Numbered from the stretch's first letter, positions 41,549 through 52,072 are shown. The stretch: DNA of 64,000 nucleotides from Candidatus Sulfomarinibacteraceae bacterium (GCA_963796455.1 CAWCLO010000002.1:128001-192000), one strand, 5' to 3'. The notes: generated from the letters alone by a model not told the origin. Numbers and translations: made by a program.

Positions 41549-42307
41549 GTGATTGCTCACGAGATCCTGATCGAAGCATGCGTGAACTCGGTCGAGTCGG
41601 CGATCGAGGCCGAGATCGGCGGTGCGCATCGGGTGGAGCTGTGTGACAACCTTTTTGATGGCGGCACGACCCCGAGCATCGGTGCCATGGATGCCGCGCG
41701 TGACAGGCTCGAGATCGACCTCAGCGTGATGATTCGCCCCAGAGGGGGAGACTTTCTCTACTCGGATCTGGAGCTGGAGATCATGAAGGCCGACGTGGTG
41801 GCGGCGCGTGCCGCGGGCGCCGACGGGGTCGTTTTCGGCATGCTGAGGACGGATGGTGCGGTCAATGTGGAACAGACGCGAGAACTCGTGGAACTCGCAG
41901 GGCCCATGAGCACGACCTTTCACCGCGCCTTTGACATGTGCGCCGATCCTGTGGTGGCGCTCGCCGAGCTGATCGCACTGGGCATCGACCGCGTGCTGAC
42001 CTCGGGTCAGCGTCCGTCAGCTATGGAGGGTGCGGCGCGCCTCAAAGAGCTTGTCGACACCGCCCGCGGACGCATCGTCGTCATGCCTGGGGTGGGCATC
42101 GATGCGTCAAATATCGCCGACCTCATCCGGCGGACCGGTGCCGGCGAGTACCACGTCCTGGCCGAGCGTCGGGTCGTCAGCGGCATGGTCTTCCAGAACC
42201 CTTCGGTGTTCATGGGATCTGACCCGGAACAACCGGAGTTCGAACGCCCCGTTACCGACAGCGAGGCGATCCGGGCGACCGTCGAAGAGGCGTCACGAGC
42301 CCGATGA
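41549..42307 (+). CDS. cutC: Copper homeostasis protein CutC
   Basis: 'GAHRVELC', 'GGTTPS', 'VMIRPRGGDF.Y', 'TFHRAFD', 'RVLTSG'. Confidence 0.95.
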   Translation: MIAHEILIEACVNSVESAIEAEIGGAHRVELCDNLFDGGTTPSIGAMDAARDRLEIDLSVMIRPRGGDFLYSDLELEIMKADVVAARAAGADGVVFGMLRTDGAVNVEQTRELVELAGPMSTTFHRAFDMCADPVVALAELIALGIDRVLTSGQRPSAMEGAARLKELVDTARGRIVVMPGVGIDASNIADLIRRTGAGEYHVLAERRVVSGMVFQNPSVFMGSDPEQPEFERPVTDSEAIRATVEEASRAR

Positions 42308-43879
42308 CGGCACCAGCCTCGCGCTGAGGTCCGGGGTTTCCATGTCCGGGTCCAGCGGAAACATAGGTCGCATGATGCGCCGGTAGTCCAGCCGCTCGAG
42401 ATCCTGGTCGACGCCACCGGGCGTGAGAGCCATGATCCAGTCCGCCCTCATGTCGTAGAGCTCGGGAACCAGATATCCGATCTTGACGATGACAATGTCC
42501 GCGCCTCTCGGATCCAGCCCCAGCCGGGTGAAATCCTCCTCGAGGTGATACGGCTTGCGCTTCTTGGTGACGATCACCGACACACTTCCGGTCCGGATGA
42601 CGACCTCGGTTTCGGCGTACCGATCGCCGTGTACGATGGACGTCACTTCACCTGAAAGAAGGATCGGGGGGGCAAAACGATCATCGACGGCGGCTCCCAC
42701 GTGAGCCTCGACCGGCTGTCCGACACCGGCCGCGACGGCCGCCTCCACCAACTCCGGTCCTGGAATCGAAGCATAGATCAGGGAGGGCCCGTCAGCCGTC
42801 CCGAACTCGTCTCGCTCCAGGATCTCCTGAAGCGTCCAGGTGACGTCGCCGGCTCCACCGGCGGTTGGGTTGTCTCCCATGTCGCTGATCAGGAAGGGCC
42901 GTTTCTCGCTCCGGATGGCCTTCGAGATGCACTCTTCGAAAGTCGCCACCGGGGCCACAAACTCGAATTCGGAGCGGAGCTCCCAGAAACTTTCTGCAAG
43001 TTCTTCTGCGGTGGACGTGACGACCTCCTCGTCGTCCCCTGTGACCATCACAACCGCGTGGTTCCGAGGCTCGTCGGCCCAGGCGTACCCGACCCAGATG
43101 GCGGCGTCGATCACGCCCGCCCGGGCGGCGGCGGGTGCGACCTGGGCATAGAGGCTCTTGCCTGGTTCGATGCGGGTGCTGGTCTTCTCTCCGGGCAGCA
43201 GGATCGGTACCGGGATCCACGCCTTGAAGGCCGGTTTGCCCCGGCCTCTTTCGATTCTCGACAGGAGGTTTTCCGCCGCCCGCTGCTTTGATTCGATGGC
43301 GTCCTCGTGGGGCGCCAGGCGGTAGCAGGTGATCAGATCGGTCTGCTCGGCCAGTCTCAACGAAACGTTGCCATGCAGATCCATGCTCGTTGAAATGAGC
43401 ACGTCAGTACCGATCACCTCGCGGATTCGGGTGATGAAATCTCCTTCGGGATCGTCGAGGCCGACCACACTCATGGCACCGTGAATATCAAAGAACAGAC
43501 CGTCGTAGGGGAGGTTCTGTTCGAGCCTCTCGAGGGTTTCCCCAACCAGGGACTCGTAGGCCTCCCGGGTCACGATCCCACCGGGAAGCGCATGGCCCCG
43601 CAGGGTCGGAATCCACTCGGCCCGCCTTCGCATGGGCGAATCGGCGCTCAAGAATGGATAGTAGCCAAAGACCTCGTCGCCCCGCCTGGCGTGGAAGGCC
43701 TCCGCATGAGTCTGCGCGGGAGAAAAGGTGCTCGATTCGATGGCCAACCCCGCGATGGCGATGCGTGGCAGCGTCGCGGTTCCTGCGCCTTGATCGACCC
43801 CAGCATCGCCGGGCCCGGAGCACGCGGTCGCCACGATCCCGAGCACTCCCAGTTGAAGGGCAACGAAGACATTTTTCAT
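42293..43879 (-). CDS. M81 family metallopeptidase (MlrC-like), probable lipoprotein
   Basis: 'IESSTFSP', 'DIHGAM', 'DPEGD', 'MDLHGN', 'YRLAPHED', 'DMGDNPTAGGAGD'; lipobox ATAC. Confidence 0.9.
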   Translation of the reverse strand: MKNVFVALQLGVLGIVATACSGPGDAGVDQGAGTATLPRIAIAGLAIESSTFSPAQTHAEAFHARRGDEVFGYYPFLSADSPMRRRAEWIPTLRGHALPGGIVTREAYESLVGETLERLEQNLPYDGLFFDIHGAMSVVGLDDPEGDFITRIREVIGTDVLISTSMDLHGNVSLRLAEQTDLITCYRLAPHEDAIESKQRAAENLLSRIERGRGKPAFKAWIPVPILLPGEKTSTRIEPGKSLYAQVAPAAARAGVIDAAIWVGYAWADEPRNHAVVMVTGDDEEVVTSTAEELAESFWELRSEFEFVAPVATFEECISKAIRSEKRPFLISDMGDNPTAGGAGDVTWTLQEILERDEFGTADGPSLIYASIPGPELVEAAVAAGVGQPVEAHVGAAVDDRFAPPILLSGEVTSIVHGDRYAETEVVIRTGSVSVIVTKKRKPYHLEEDFTRLGLDPRGADIVIVKIGYLVPELYDMRADWIMALTPGGVDQDLERLDYRRIMRPMFPLDPDMETPDLSARLVPSSGS

Positions 43880-43928
43880 GTTGGTTCTCCCGACGTGGCC
43901 ATCAGCGTAGAGCTGCAGCTGCGAGACC

Positions 43929-45194
43929 TCAAGCGGCCACAGCGGTCTCGGCCTGTTCCGGTTCGACGATCTCGTCTTCGATGGACTTGATCGACGGCAC
44001 CAGAAAACCTCCGACGCCCATCGCCAGACAGGCGAAACCAGCCGCTGCGTACAGGGCTCGAATGCCGACCATCTCCGCCACAGGAGCGGCGATCATGAGC
44101 CCGAGGGGCGCCATCGCGCCGCAGGCGCTCATGTAGAGGGTGAACACGCGCCCCTGGATTTCCGGAGCCACGGTCGCCTGAAGCACAGCCTGAATTGGTC
44201 CGTTGACGCATGGGATGGTCACACCGAGAATGACGATACCGGCGAGCGCGGCACCGGCAGAAGACGCCGCGCCGAGGATCAGGGTGCCGATTCCGGCCAC
44301 CAACAGACCGACGAAGGTCGTGTGGATCCGTCGCTGAAAACCGCCCCAGACCCCAAGCAGGATTCCGCCGGCGATGGTTCCGATACCGAATGCCGAGTTC
44401 AACCAGCCCAGCCGAACCGCCCCACCGCCCTGTTCAAGCACCAGCAGCGGCAGCAGCGCGAAGGCGGGAACCATGCACAGATTCACCAGCATGGCCATCA
44501 TGACGAGCGGCGTATGACCACGGCGAGCGCGGAGATAGCGGACACCGGAGCGCAGGTCGCCAACGACGGATCGAAGCCCCGGGGAATCGTGATCGCTCGG
44601 ACGGCGCTCCGGCTGCGGGATGGTGATGAACGCCAACGGTGCGAGTGCGACGAGAGCGGTGGCGACATCGACCATCATCACCGCTGCCATTGGCAGGGTG
44701 GCAACCAGCAGTGCGCCGATCGGGGCGGTGATGATCAGCGCTCCGCCCTGGACCGCCTGTTGGAGCCCCTGCACCCGGGTCAGGTGGCGCTCGGGCACCA
44801 TGAGCGTGGTGGAAGCCAGCATGGCCGGCGCGTGGAAGGCCCCTCCGAGGGCGCGGACAAAAAGCACCACCATCGCCAGACTGTAGGGGACCGGTCCGAC
44901 CCAAAAAGACAGCGCCAGGAGAGCCGACGCGATGGCGACGAGGGAGTCGGCGAGCCACAGGATGCGCTTGCGATTCCAGCGATCCACCAACACGCCGATG
45001 AACGGACCGAGCACGATTTGAGGCAGGAGACCGACAGCCGTCGCGGCTGCCAGCACCGCGGCCGATCCGGTGGATACCGTCAACCACCAGATGAGCGCGA
45101 ATTGAACCGCCTGGCTGCCGAGCAGCGAGAGGGACTGGCCGGCGATCAGCACGAGAAAGGGTCGCATCGGTCGATTTTCGGTTTTGGGATTCAT
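43929..45194 (-). CDS. MFS transporter, DHA3/macrolide-efflux-like
   Basis: 'GQSLSLLGS..VQFALIWW', 'GVLVDRWNRK', 'QGRVF'; about 12 TM; GGAGGT RBS. Confidence 0.9.
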   Translation of the reverse strand: MNPKTENRPMRPFLVLIAGQSLSLLGSQAVQFALIWWLTVSTGSAAVLAAATAVGLLPQIVLGPFIGVLVDRWNRKRILWLADSLVAIASALLALSFWVGPVPYSLAMVVLFVRALGGAFHAPAMLASTTLMVPERHLTRVQGLQQAVQGGALIITAPIGALLVATLPMAAVMMVDVATALVALAPLAFITIPQPERRPSDHDSPGLRSVVGDLRSGVRYLRARRGHTPLVMMAMLVNLCMVPAFALLPLLVLEQGGGAVRLGWLNSAFGIGTIAGGILLGVWGGFQRRIHTTFVGLLVAGIGTLILGAASSAGAALAGIVILGVTIPCVNGPIQAVLQATVAPEIQGRVFTLYMSACGAMAPLGLMIAAPVAEMVGIRALYAAAGFACLAMGVGGFLVPSIKSIEDEIVEPEQAETAVAA

Positions 45195-45211
45195 GGGCCA
45201 CCTCCAGTTCT

Positions 45212-45285
45212 GATTTTTAGAATATAGGGCATACATTGATTATTAGCAAATATTTGAATAATAAATTTTATGCTAGGATTCAATC
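45212..45285. promoter_or_regulatory. AT-rich divergent promoter/operator region between MFS and HTH regulator
   Basis: Strongly AT-rich; imperfect inverted repeat TAGCAAATATTT..AAATTTTATGCTA around 45244-45275. Confidence 0.5.
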
Positions 45286-45309
45286 GAGAACTCGGAAAGG
45301 ATCGAACAA

Positions 45310-45957
45310 GTGGATGATCAGACCGCCGGCAAGCTAGAAATCGACCGGTCCTGGGAGCCGGAGGATATGTACACGATGACCAGCCTGGAGCAGGTCAAGG
45401 TCGTCGCTGATCCTCTGCGCGTCAGCATCCTGGAGGCGCTCTGTCTGGAAGCCAAGACCACGAAACAGGTCGCCGAGCTCCTGGGGGAGAAACCGACCCG
45501 GCTGTACCACCACGTGGATGCGCTGTCGGAAGCGGGGCTGATTCGCCTGGTGGATACCCGTCAGGTTCGGGGAACGGTGGAGAAGTACTTCCGGGCGGTG
45601 GGCAGGGCGTTCCGGGCCGATCCCGGGATCTTCCGCCAGGCCGACGCGGGCGACGAGCAGAATCAGGCTCTGGCGGACGTGGCCGCGACCATGCTCGAGA
45701 GAACGGCCGGGGAGGTGCGAAACCTGATCCTCTCCGGGCACGACATCACCTCGGGAGAGGACGGCATTCTGAGCTACGTCGAGGTGCGGGCGTCCGAATC
45801 AGAGATCCACGAGATCAACCAGCGGCTCATGGATTTCCTGAAGGACCTCGAGGAGAACTGCTGCAAAGGGGAGCCGTCTGAGGGTGATCGGCGCTATCGG
45901 CTCAACCTCGCCTGGTTTCCACTCGATCGCACGAACAGGGATTCAGACGAGTCGTAG
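45310..45957 (+). CDS. ArsR-like winged-helix transcriptional regulator
   Basis: 'ADPLRVSILEAL..TTKQVAELLG..LYHHVDALSEAGLI..EKYFRA'; divergent from the MFS gene. Confidence 0.88.
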   Translation: MDDQTAGKLEIDRSWEPEDMYTMTSLEQVKVVADPLRVSILEALCLEAKTTKQVAELLGEKPTRLYHHVDALSEAGLIRLVDTRQVRGTVEKYFRAVGRAFRADPGIFRQADAGDEQNQALADVAATMLERTAGEVRNLILSGHDITSGEDGILSYVEVRASESEIHEINQRLMDFLKDLEENCCKGEPSEGDRRYRLNLAWFPLDRTNRDSDES

Positions 45958-46003
45958 AGGCCGGGCCCCGGGGAATCAAGCTCATCGACCGAGGACGGAC
46001 CGT

Positions 46004-46906
46004 TCACTCGAGGCTGAGCAGGTACTCCGCAATGGCGCGCAGCTCTTCTTCGGGCAGTTCGGCGAGATTCATCTGAATGTCGGCCATGCCGCCGCTCGAG
46101 AGCTTGTCGTAACCGAAGGTCTCCCCGAACTGCAGCGCCAGGACGAGATCCGAAGCGTCCGAGTATCGACCGCGGCCTTCCATGTCGAGGAGGCCCGGTA
46201 CCGTTCCTTCGCCGCGCGGGTGGGCTCCACCGGCCATCGCCCGGCTCCGGTCGGGGATCATCAGCGCGTTGCGGGGGGTGTGGCACTCCCCGCAGTGGCC
46301 GGGTCCGTTCACCAGGTAGGCGCCACGGTTCCACGTCTCGGTGCTCTCCGGGTCCGGACGGAACTCCTCTGCACCCGAGGCGAGCCGCTTCCACAATCCG
46401 ACCCCTCGCCGAGCCAGGCCTGGCATTGGAATATCAGGGGTGCGCGTCGGCGAACGAACCGGTTCGAGCTGCTGCAGGTAGGCCCAGAGGTCGAGCACAT
46501 CCTCCACCGGCATGATGCGGTACGAGGTGTAGGGGAATGCCGGGAAATAGTGCTGGCCGTCGGGCGAGACCCCACGGGTCATGGCATCGACGAACTGCGC
46601 CGCCGTCCAGTTCCCGAGCCCGGTCTCGGGGTCGGGGGTGAGGTTGCCGGGCCAGAAGGTGCCCACCGGTGTATCGAAAGGGGCATCGCCGATCGGTGGA
46701 CCCGTGACGCCCGCGGCGGTCGCCGCCTTATGACACGAGATGCACCCGCCAACGCGATACAGCACCTCGCCTCGGGACGGGTCCGGGTCGTGGGGCGGTA
46801 GCATTCGATCGCTTGGACGAGCGACCGTCAGGACGACGAACAACATGACCGTCAACGCCGCGGCGACGGCCAGCGCCGCCACCAGAGGTTTTGCTCGAAC
46901 GAACAC
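46004..46906 (-). CDS. Diheme cytochrome c
   Basis: CISCH and CGECH; 'NLTPDPETGLG.W', 'YFPAFPYTSY', 'RGAYLV'; N-terminal anchor. Confidence 0.9.
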   Translation of the reverse strand: MFVRAKPLVAALAVAAALTVMLFVVLTVARPSDRMLPPHDPDPSRGEVLYRVGGCISCHKAATAAGVTGPPIGDAPFDTPVGTFWPGNLTPDPETGLGNWTAAQFVDAMTRGVSPDGQHYFPAFPYTSYRIMPVEDVLDLWAYLQQLEPVRSPTRTPDIPMPGLARRGVGLWKRLASGAEEFRPDPESTETWNRGAYLVNGPGHCGECHTPRNALMIPDRSRAMAGGAHPRGEGTVPGLLDMEGRGRYSDASDLVLALQFGETFGYDKLSSGGMADIQMNLAELPEEELRAIAEYLLSLE

Positions 46907-46908
46907 CC

Positions 46909-47364
46909 TCAGTCTTTTGGCAGACGATACAGGTTGTGGCAGCTCTTGCAGCCGGAGCCGAGCTTGCCGAGCGCGGGCCCGAATGCTGCGGCCTCCGTCA
47001 CCGATTGCAGATCCACCGCCGCCTGGTGGGTGCTCTTCATGAGCTGGTCGAACTGGGCGCGATCGCTCCAGATCTTCGGCTTGGCCCAGGTCGGGACCTC
47101 GCCTTCACCGCTGCCCTCGGGGAAAAGCTTTTCGGCCTTCTCGATGTGGCCGGCCATTTTCAACGCGTTGGTCCGGACCACCTCGGCGTCGAATGGCTGT
47201 TCCTTTTTGGCGATGGCGGCAAAGGTCATCATTGCCTCGCGAACGCCCTCCATCTCTTTCTGGCGCTCTTTGATGGTCTCGGTGGCTGTCATCGCGCCGG
47301 CCGAAATCGTGATCACGATCGCCACCGCGACCGCACCCGCTATCTGGAGTTTCGTTGTTTTCAT
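46909..47364 (-). CDS. Cytochrome c'/c556 (class II)
   Basis: Signal peptide; 'RQKEM', 'LFPEGS', 'AKPKIW'; C-terminal CKSCH..YR. Confidence 0.92.
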   Translation of the reverse strand: MKTTKLQIAGAVAVAIVITISAGAMTATETIKERQKEMEGVREAMMTFAAIAKKEQPFDAEVVRTNALKMAGHIEKAEKLFPEGSGEGEVPTWAKPKIWSDRAQFDQLMKSTHQAAVDLQSVTEAAAFGPALGKLGSGCKSCHNLYRLPKD

Positions 47365-47485
47365 GGTTTCGTTCCTCCTCGGTCATAGAACCGCATTGAT
47401 GGCGTCCGCATTTCCACGAGCTGGTTGGGCTTGATTCAAGATCGATTCATTTTTCCAGTTCTCTCGTGCCGAGACGGCAAGGAGC

Positions 47486-48256
47486 TCAGAACTTCCCGTT
47501 GTCGTTCCGCCACTGGTCGCGGGGCGGAATGGCCTCGATGGTGTCCCAATGCTCGGCGATCTTGCCGTCGGCGACCCGGAACAGATCATAGAATGAGCTG
47601 TGCTGGCCGGCGAGGCTGCCTTCGCTCACCACCAGTACGAAGTTGCCCTCACCGAGCACCCGGTGAACACGATCGAACTTCATGACGATTCCTTGTTTGG
47701 ACCACTCCTCCAGAGCCGCGCGGAGGCCGGAAAGACCATCGCCGAATTGCGGATTGTGCTGCGTGTAGCTGTCGCCATCGAAGTACCCGGCCAGCTTCTC
47801 CATCCGACCATTGACGAGAATGTCGTTGACAAACGTGCGGACGAGCTCCTTGTTGTCTTCGGTCTTGTCGAGGTCCGATGGTGTGGTGGGGCCGTCGGTC
47901 ATGGTGTGCCCGCTCGGGTTCGGACCATCGGGTTTTTGCTGGATGTTGTCCCAGTGCTCGACCGTCAGGTCGTCCTCGAATCGAAAGACCTCGAAGCCGA
48001 TCTTCGAGGTCGAAAAATCGTACTCGGTGTGGGCGAAAACATAGTCACCATCCTCAAACACCCGCACGACCTTGACGCGAGGTGATGTCTTGGAAAGCCG
48101 CTTGAAAAGCGCCGCCAGACCTTCGCCCCCCTCGTGGGTTCCGGGGTTGTGCTGGATGTATTTATCGGGATTGACGACCGCCACAGCCGCCGGGTCTCCC
48201 GTCTCGATGCCTTTCAGTAGGTCCTGAATCTGTTGTTTTCGATTTGCTGTGGTCAT
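47486..48256 (-). CDS. SnoaL-like/NTF2 fold protein with two domains
   Basis: Twice 'YxQHNP' and 'EHWD'; AAGGAG RBS. Confidence 0.88.
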   Translation of the reverse strand: MTTANRKQQIQDLLKGIETGDPAAVAVVNPDKYIQHNPGTHEGGEGLAALFKRLSKTSPRVKVVRVFEDGDYVFAHTEYDFSTSKIGFEVFRFEDDLTVEHWDNIQQKPDGPNPSGHTMTDGPTTPSDLDKTEDNKELVRTFVNDILVNGRMEKLAGYFDGDSYTQHNPQFGDGLSGLRAALEEWSKQGIVMKFDRVHRVLGEGNFVLVVSEGSLAGQHSSFYDLFRVADGKIAEHWDTIEAIPPRDQWRNDNGKF

Positions 48257-48312
48257 GAAGACTCTCCTTGAGTTGGTGTGGACGGGTTTGGTGTTTCTCC
48301 GTCGACTTCAGC

Positions 48313-48382
48313 TATAATGTGGCGTATGGGCACTTTTAATAAGTATGCACGAATTTATGCATTAGTCACCTTTTAGTAACTA
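48313..48382. promoter_or_regulatory. Candidate -10 box and palindromic operator for the HxlR regulator / SnoaL pair
   Basis: TATAAT at 48313-48318; TAGTCAC-N6-GTAACTA (1 mismatch) at 48363-48382 in an AT-rich divergent spacer. Confidence 0.55.
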
Positions 48383-48394
48383 TGGAGAGATCAC

Positions 48395-48730
48395 ATGAAG
48401 GACCCGGAGATTCGCTGCCCGGTCAGCCGCACCCTCAAGATCATCGGCGGCAAGTGGAAACCGCTGATCATCTACCACCTTGACTGGGGCGAACGGCGTA
48501 ACGGTCAATTGCGGCGCGCGATCCCCGCGATCACTCAGAAAATGCTCACCCAGCAACTGCGCGAGCTCGAACAGGATGGGCTCGTGGAACGGGAGATCTT
48601 CCCGGTGGTGCCGCCGCGGGTGGACTACAGGCTCACCGATTTGGGGAAGAGCGTGCTCCCGGTGCTCGAGGCCATGGCGGCCTGGGGAGTGGCTAACGAA
48701 GACGTCTTCCCGGCGGTCGTTGACCTCTAG
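48395..48730 (+). CDS. HxlR family transcriptional regulator
   Basis: 'CPV..IIGGKWK', 'ITQKMLTQQLRELE.DGLV.R', 'PPRVDY.LT..G'. Confidence 0.95.
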   Translation: MKDPEIRCPVSRTLKIIGGKWKPLIIYHLDWGERRNGQLRRAIPAITQKMLTQQLRELEQDGLVEREIFPVVPPRVDYRLTDLGKSVLPVLEAMAAWGVANEDVFPAVVDL

Positions 48731-49058
48731 CTGAGAACGCAGTTCTCGACCAGCGACACACCAGCATCTGACGAGTCGAGGCGACCGGACCGCACGGATC
48801 CGGGGCCGCAGACGGCTCACGTCCTGTTCTCCGAGAACTCGGAATCCCGCGAGCTGAGGCAGACGCATCTGAATGCCCAGCACCTGCCGGAATCCATGGC
48901 TGCAACGGATGGCGGGGTTGAGGACTTCACGGTTGGCAAGACGACGAAAACCGTGGAGTCTCAACGTCAATCCGATCGATCAGAATCGGGGCAATCCTCG
49001 AGCAGCCGAGTGCTATAGTGAGTCCGCAAACCGTCCAAAAATTTGAAGGAGGTGAACG

Positions 49059-50558
49059 ATGAAACAGGTGTTGGAGTCGTTCGTGGACCAGGCCCTCGCG
49101 CGAGGCCCTGAGCTTCTGGCCGCAGTCGCGATCCTGGTGATCGGCTGGCTGGTGGCGTTGGCCGTGTCGTTGCTGGTGCGGGTGCTCCTGAAGAGAACGG
49201 AGATGGACGATCGGCTGGCCGCCTGGCTTGTCGGCGAGGAACGCGCCGACGCGATCGAGATCGAGAAGTGGATCTCGCGCGGCGTGTTCGCCCTTCTCAT
49301 GCTCTTCGTGCTCGTCGCCTTTTTTGAGGTTCTAGGGCTGCGAATGATCACGGAGCCTTTGAACCGATTCCTGATCGAAGTATTTGAATACATACCCAAC
49401 CTCATTGGACCGGCAATCCTGGTTGTCGTCGCGTTTTTGGCCTCCAACGGACTCCGGTTCGTGGTTCGGCGGTTGGTGTCGGCCTCAAAGCTGGATGAGA
49501 GGCTCGCGGCTCAGGCAGGCCTCGAGGAGGGTGAGGCGCCGCCGTTGTCCAAGACCATGGCCGACGCCGTGTACTGGGTCGTCTTTCTGCTCTTCCTGCC
49601 GGCGATCCTCGGCGCACTCAAGCTCGAAGGCCTTCTCGGACCGGTCCAGGGGATGGTCGACAAGACGCTGGCATTCCTGCCCAATCTCCTGGCGGCAGGA
49701 GTCATCCTGGGCGTAGGTTGGCTTTTGGCTCGGATCGTCCAACGCATCGTCGGCAACCTGCTCGCGGCTGTTGGTATGGACCGCCTTTCGGAACAGGTGG
49801 GGCTGTCAAACGCTCTCGGTGAGCAGAAGTTATCTGGTTTGATCGGTCTCGTGCTCTACGTTGTCATCCTGGTTCCGGTTCTGATCGCGTCCCTCAATGC
49901 CCTCGCTCTCGAGGCGATCACGCGCCCGGCGAGCGAGATGCTCAACACATTCCTGTCTGCGCTGCCTCTGATCTTCGCCGCTGCATTGGTCGTGGTCATT
50001 GCCTACTTCGTGGGACGGGTTGTGTCCGGCCTCGTTACCGGACTTCTCTCCGGTGTCGGCTTCAACAAGGTCCTGGTCAAGCTCGGCATCGGACCGGAAC
50101 CCGACGAGGGAGAGCGCACCCCGTCCGAGATCGTCGGATACCTGGTCCTTGTGGCGATCATGCTCTTCGCCGCTGTCGAGGCGGTCGGTCTGCTGGGCTT
50201 CGACGTCCTCGCCACATTGGTGACGCAGTTCATGGTCTTCGCGGCCCATGTCTTGCTGGGCCTGATCATCTTCGTGATCGGATTGTTCCTCGCCAATCTG
50301 GCCAGTAAGACCGTCCTGGCGACTGGAGCCAGCCAGGCATCGCTGCTGGCTGTGGCGGCGCGGGTGTCGATCCTCGTGCTTGCCGGTGCGATGGCCCTTC
50401 GGGAGATGGGGCTGGCCAACGAGATCATAACTATCGCATTCGGGCTCGTGCTCGGTGCCTTTGCCGTCGCCACCGCCGTCGCGTTCGGGATCGGTGGGCG
50501 CGACATTGCCGCGGAAACCCTGCAACGATGGAGGAATGAACTGCGATCTAAAGCCTGA
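49059..50558 (+). CDS. Membrane protein with repeated conserved TM-helix units (MscS-associated, CmpX-like)
   Basis: Repeated 'P.L.AA..IL..GW' units; C-terminal 'AVAFGIGGRDIA'; AGGAGGT RBS; possible extended -10 TGCTATAGT at 49011. Confidence 0.85.
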   Translation: MKQVLESFVDQALARGPELLAAVAILVIGWLVALAVSLLVRVLLKRTEMDDRLAAWLVGEERADAIEIEKWISRGVFALLMLFVLVAFFEVLGLRMITEPLNRFLIEVFEYIPNLIGPAILVVVAFLASNGLRFVVRRLVSASKLDERLAAQAGLEEGEAPPLSKTMADAVYWVVFLLFLPAILGALKLEGLLGPVQGMVDKTLAFLPNLLAAGVILGVGWLLARIVQRIVGNLLAAVGMDRLSEQVGLSNALGEQKLSGLIGLVLYVVILVPVLIASLNALALEAITRPASEMLNTFLSALPLIFAAALVVVIAYFVGRVVSGLVTGLLSGVGFNKVLVKLGIGPEPDEGERTPSEIVGYLVLVAIMLFAAVEAVGLLGFDVLATLVTQFMVFAAHVLLGLIIFVIGLFLANLASKTVLATGASQASLLAVAARVSILVLAGAMALREMGLANEIITIAFGLVLGAFAVATAVAFGIGGRDIAAETLQRWRNELRSKA

Positions 50559-51028
50559 CGGCACGAATATCTCCTCGACCTCACACCCGACGCAATTCAG
50601 GTGCGGTTGCATTGAGCTTTTGGTGAGTTGATCGCCGATGCAGGTGGAACTCTTCCACGCTGCAGCAGCGTCTGATGGCCAGCGGTTTGCCGGAACTGCG
50701 ATTCGATCGGCCATGCGCTGTTGGCGGAGGGTGGCTGAAGGTGGGGTTGGAGGGTGGGAGCAACACGTCGCGAGGCCACCGTCGGCGCGAGGAGGAGGGC
50801 GCATCTGAGGGCGGGGAAGACGGGGTCGCCTCCTCGCCGTGGCAGCGCGCGGACGGACAAAAAATCTCCCTCCTGGGCCGTATGCCGCAGGAGGGTTACA
50901 GCTCAAACCTGGCGTTTACCAGGTGACGGTCGCCCGGGTTTTGCAGCGGCGGATCGTCGCCCTCGACCGCGATCGGATCGCGGCGACGACGGCACAGCCG
51001 AATCCCGGCGGGTCCGGATCGTGGATGG

Positions 51029-52072
51029 CTAGAGGGTGTTCATCTCGGCGTTGCCGAAGTTTCGGCCGTAGAACTTCATATAGTCGACCTTGCGCTGCAG
51101 AGCATCGATGACGACCCGACAGAAGTTGATTTTGGTCATCTTCTGAATGCTGCCGAGCCCGCCCGGGCTGAAGACATTGATCTCCATCAGCTTGTCGCCC
51201 ACAACATCGAGTCCGATCAGGAACATCCCGTCCTGGACGAGCTTTGGCCGGACGATCTCGGCGATCCGCAAGGCGTCCTCGGTGACCTCCGCCGGAGCCA
51301 GTTTGCCGCCTGCGTGGATGTTGCTCCGCATGTCGTCGCCGTGGCGGACGCGCCGGAATGCGGCGTATTTGCCCTTCACCTGGAGCGGCCGCCCATTCAT
51401 CATGAAAAGCCTGGTGTCGCCGTCGGCCGCGGCCGGGAGATATTCCTGCGCGATGACATAGCCGTCGCGGGACACCGCGTCGATCATCTGGTTGAGATTC
51501 GGCAGGTCGTCCGGCCGGACCAGAAAGACGCTCGCGCCGCCCGAGCCCTGGAGTGGTTTGAGGACGATCGTGCCCATCTCCTTGGCAAAGGACTTGATCT
51601 CGTTGTTGTCGCGGGTGATCAGGGTGTGCGGCCGCACCTCCTCAGGGAAGAGCTGAAGGTAGATTTTGGATGAAGCCTTGGCCAGTCCGTTGGGGTCGTT
51701 GAGCACGATCACTCCGTGCCGCATGGCGATCCGCCCGAACTCGGTGGCGATGGTCGAGGCCCACGGTCGTTTGATGACATCATCAGACGGCACGTTTCGC
51801 AGCATCAACACATCGAGGTCGTCAACGGTGATACGGGCGGACACGGCCTTGGATCCCTGGATCTCCTTGAAGAAGGTCTCGTGGGAGCCGTAGGATTTCT
51901 TCGACACGGTCCGTGCACGGGCACGGATGAACTCGTCGGAGTCATAGGCCAGATCACCCACTCCGAATACAAATGCCTCGTGGCCCTTGTTGATGGCTTC
52001 ACAGGCGAGCCGGGTGGTCGTAAAACCGGCCTTTTCGGTCGCGATATCGTTGACCAGGAATCCTATCTTCAT
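51029..52072 (-). CDS. Glutathione synthetase-like ATP-grasp ligase
   Basis: 'MLRNVPS', 'NDPNGL', 'VLKPLQGSGG..VF', 'QEYLP', 'GDTR', 'RSNIHAGG', 'GLDVVG', 'EINVFSPGG'; ATGA overlap with the upstream gene. Confidence 0.88.
   Translation of the reverse strand: MKIGFLVNDIATEKAGFTTTRLACEAINKGHEAFVFGVGDLAYDSDEFIRARARTVSKKSYGSHETFFKEIQGSKAVSARITVDDLDVLMLRNVPSDDVIKRPWASTIATEFGRIAMRHGVIVLNDPNGLAKASSKIYLQLFPEEVRPHTLITRDNNEIKSFAKEMGTIVLKPLQGSGGASVFLVRPDDLPNLNQMIDAVSRDGYVIAQEYLPAAADGDTRLFMMNGRPLQVKGKYAAFRRVRHGDDMRSNIHAGGKLAPAEVTEDALRIAEIVRPKLVQDGMFLIGLDVVGDKLMEINVFSPGGLGSIQKMTKINFCRVVIDALQRKVDYMKFYGRNFGNAEMNTL

Noticed and set aside
42293..45194. MlrC-like peptidase and Mef-like MFS as evidence of microcystin degradation or macrolide resistance
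   Set aside because: Only family-level similarity; no mlrA/B/D or msr partner genes, so substrates cannot be assigned.
50559..51028. 470-bp convergent intergenic region with a G-rich run (about 50729-50758) and small hairpins (about 50868-50924)
   Set aside because: No credible ORF or recognisable RNA family; G-runs and short stems are common at this GC content.
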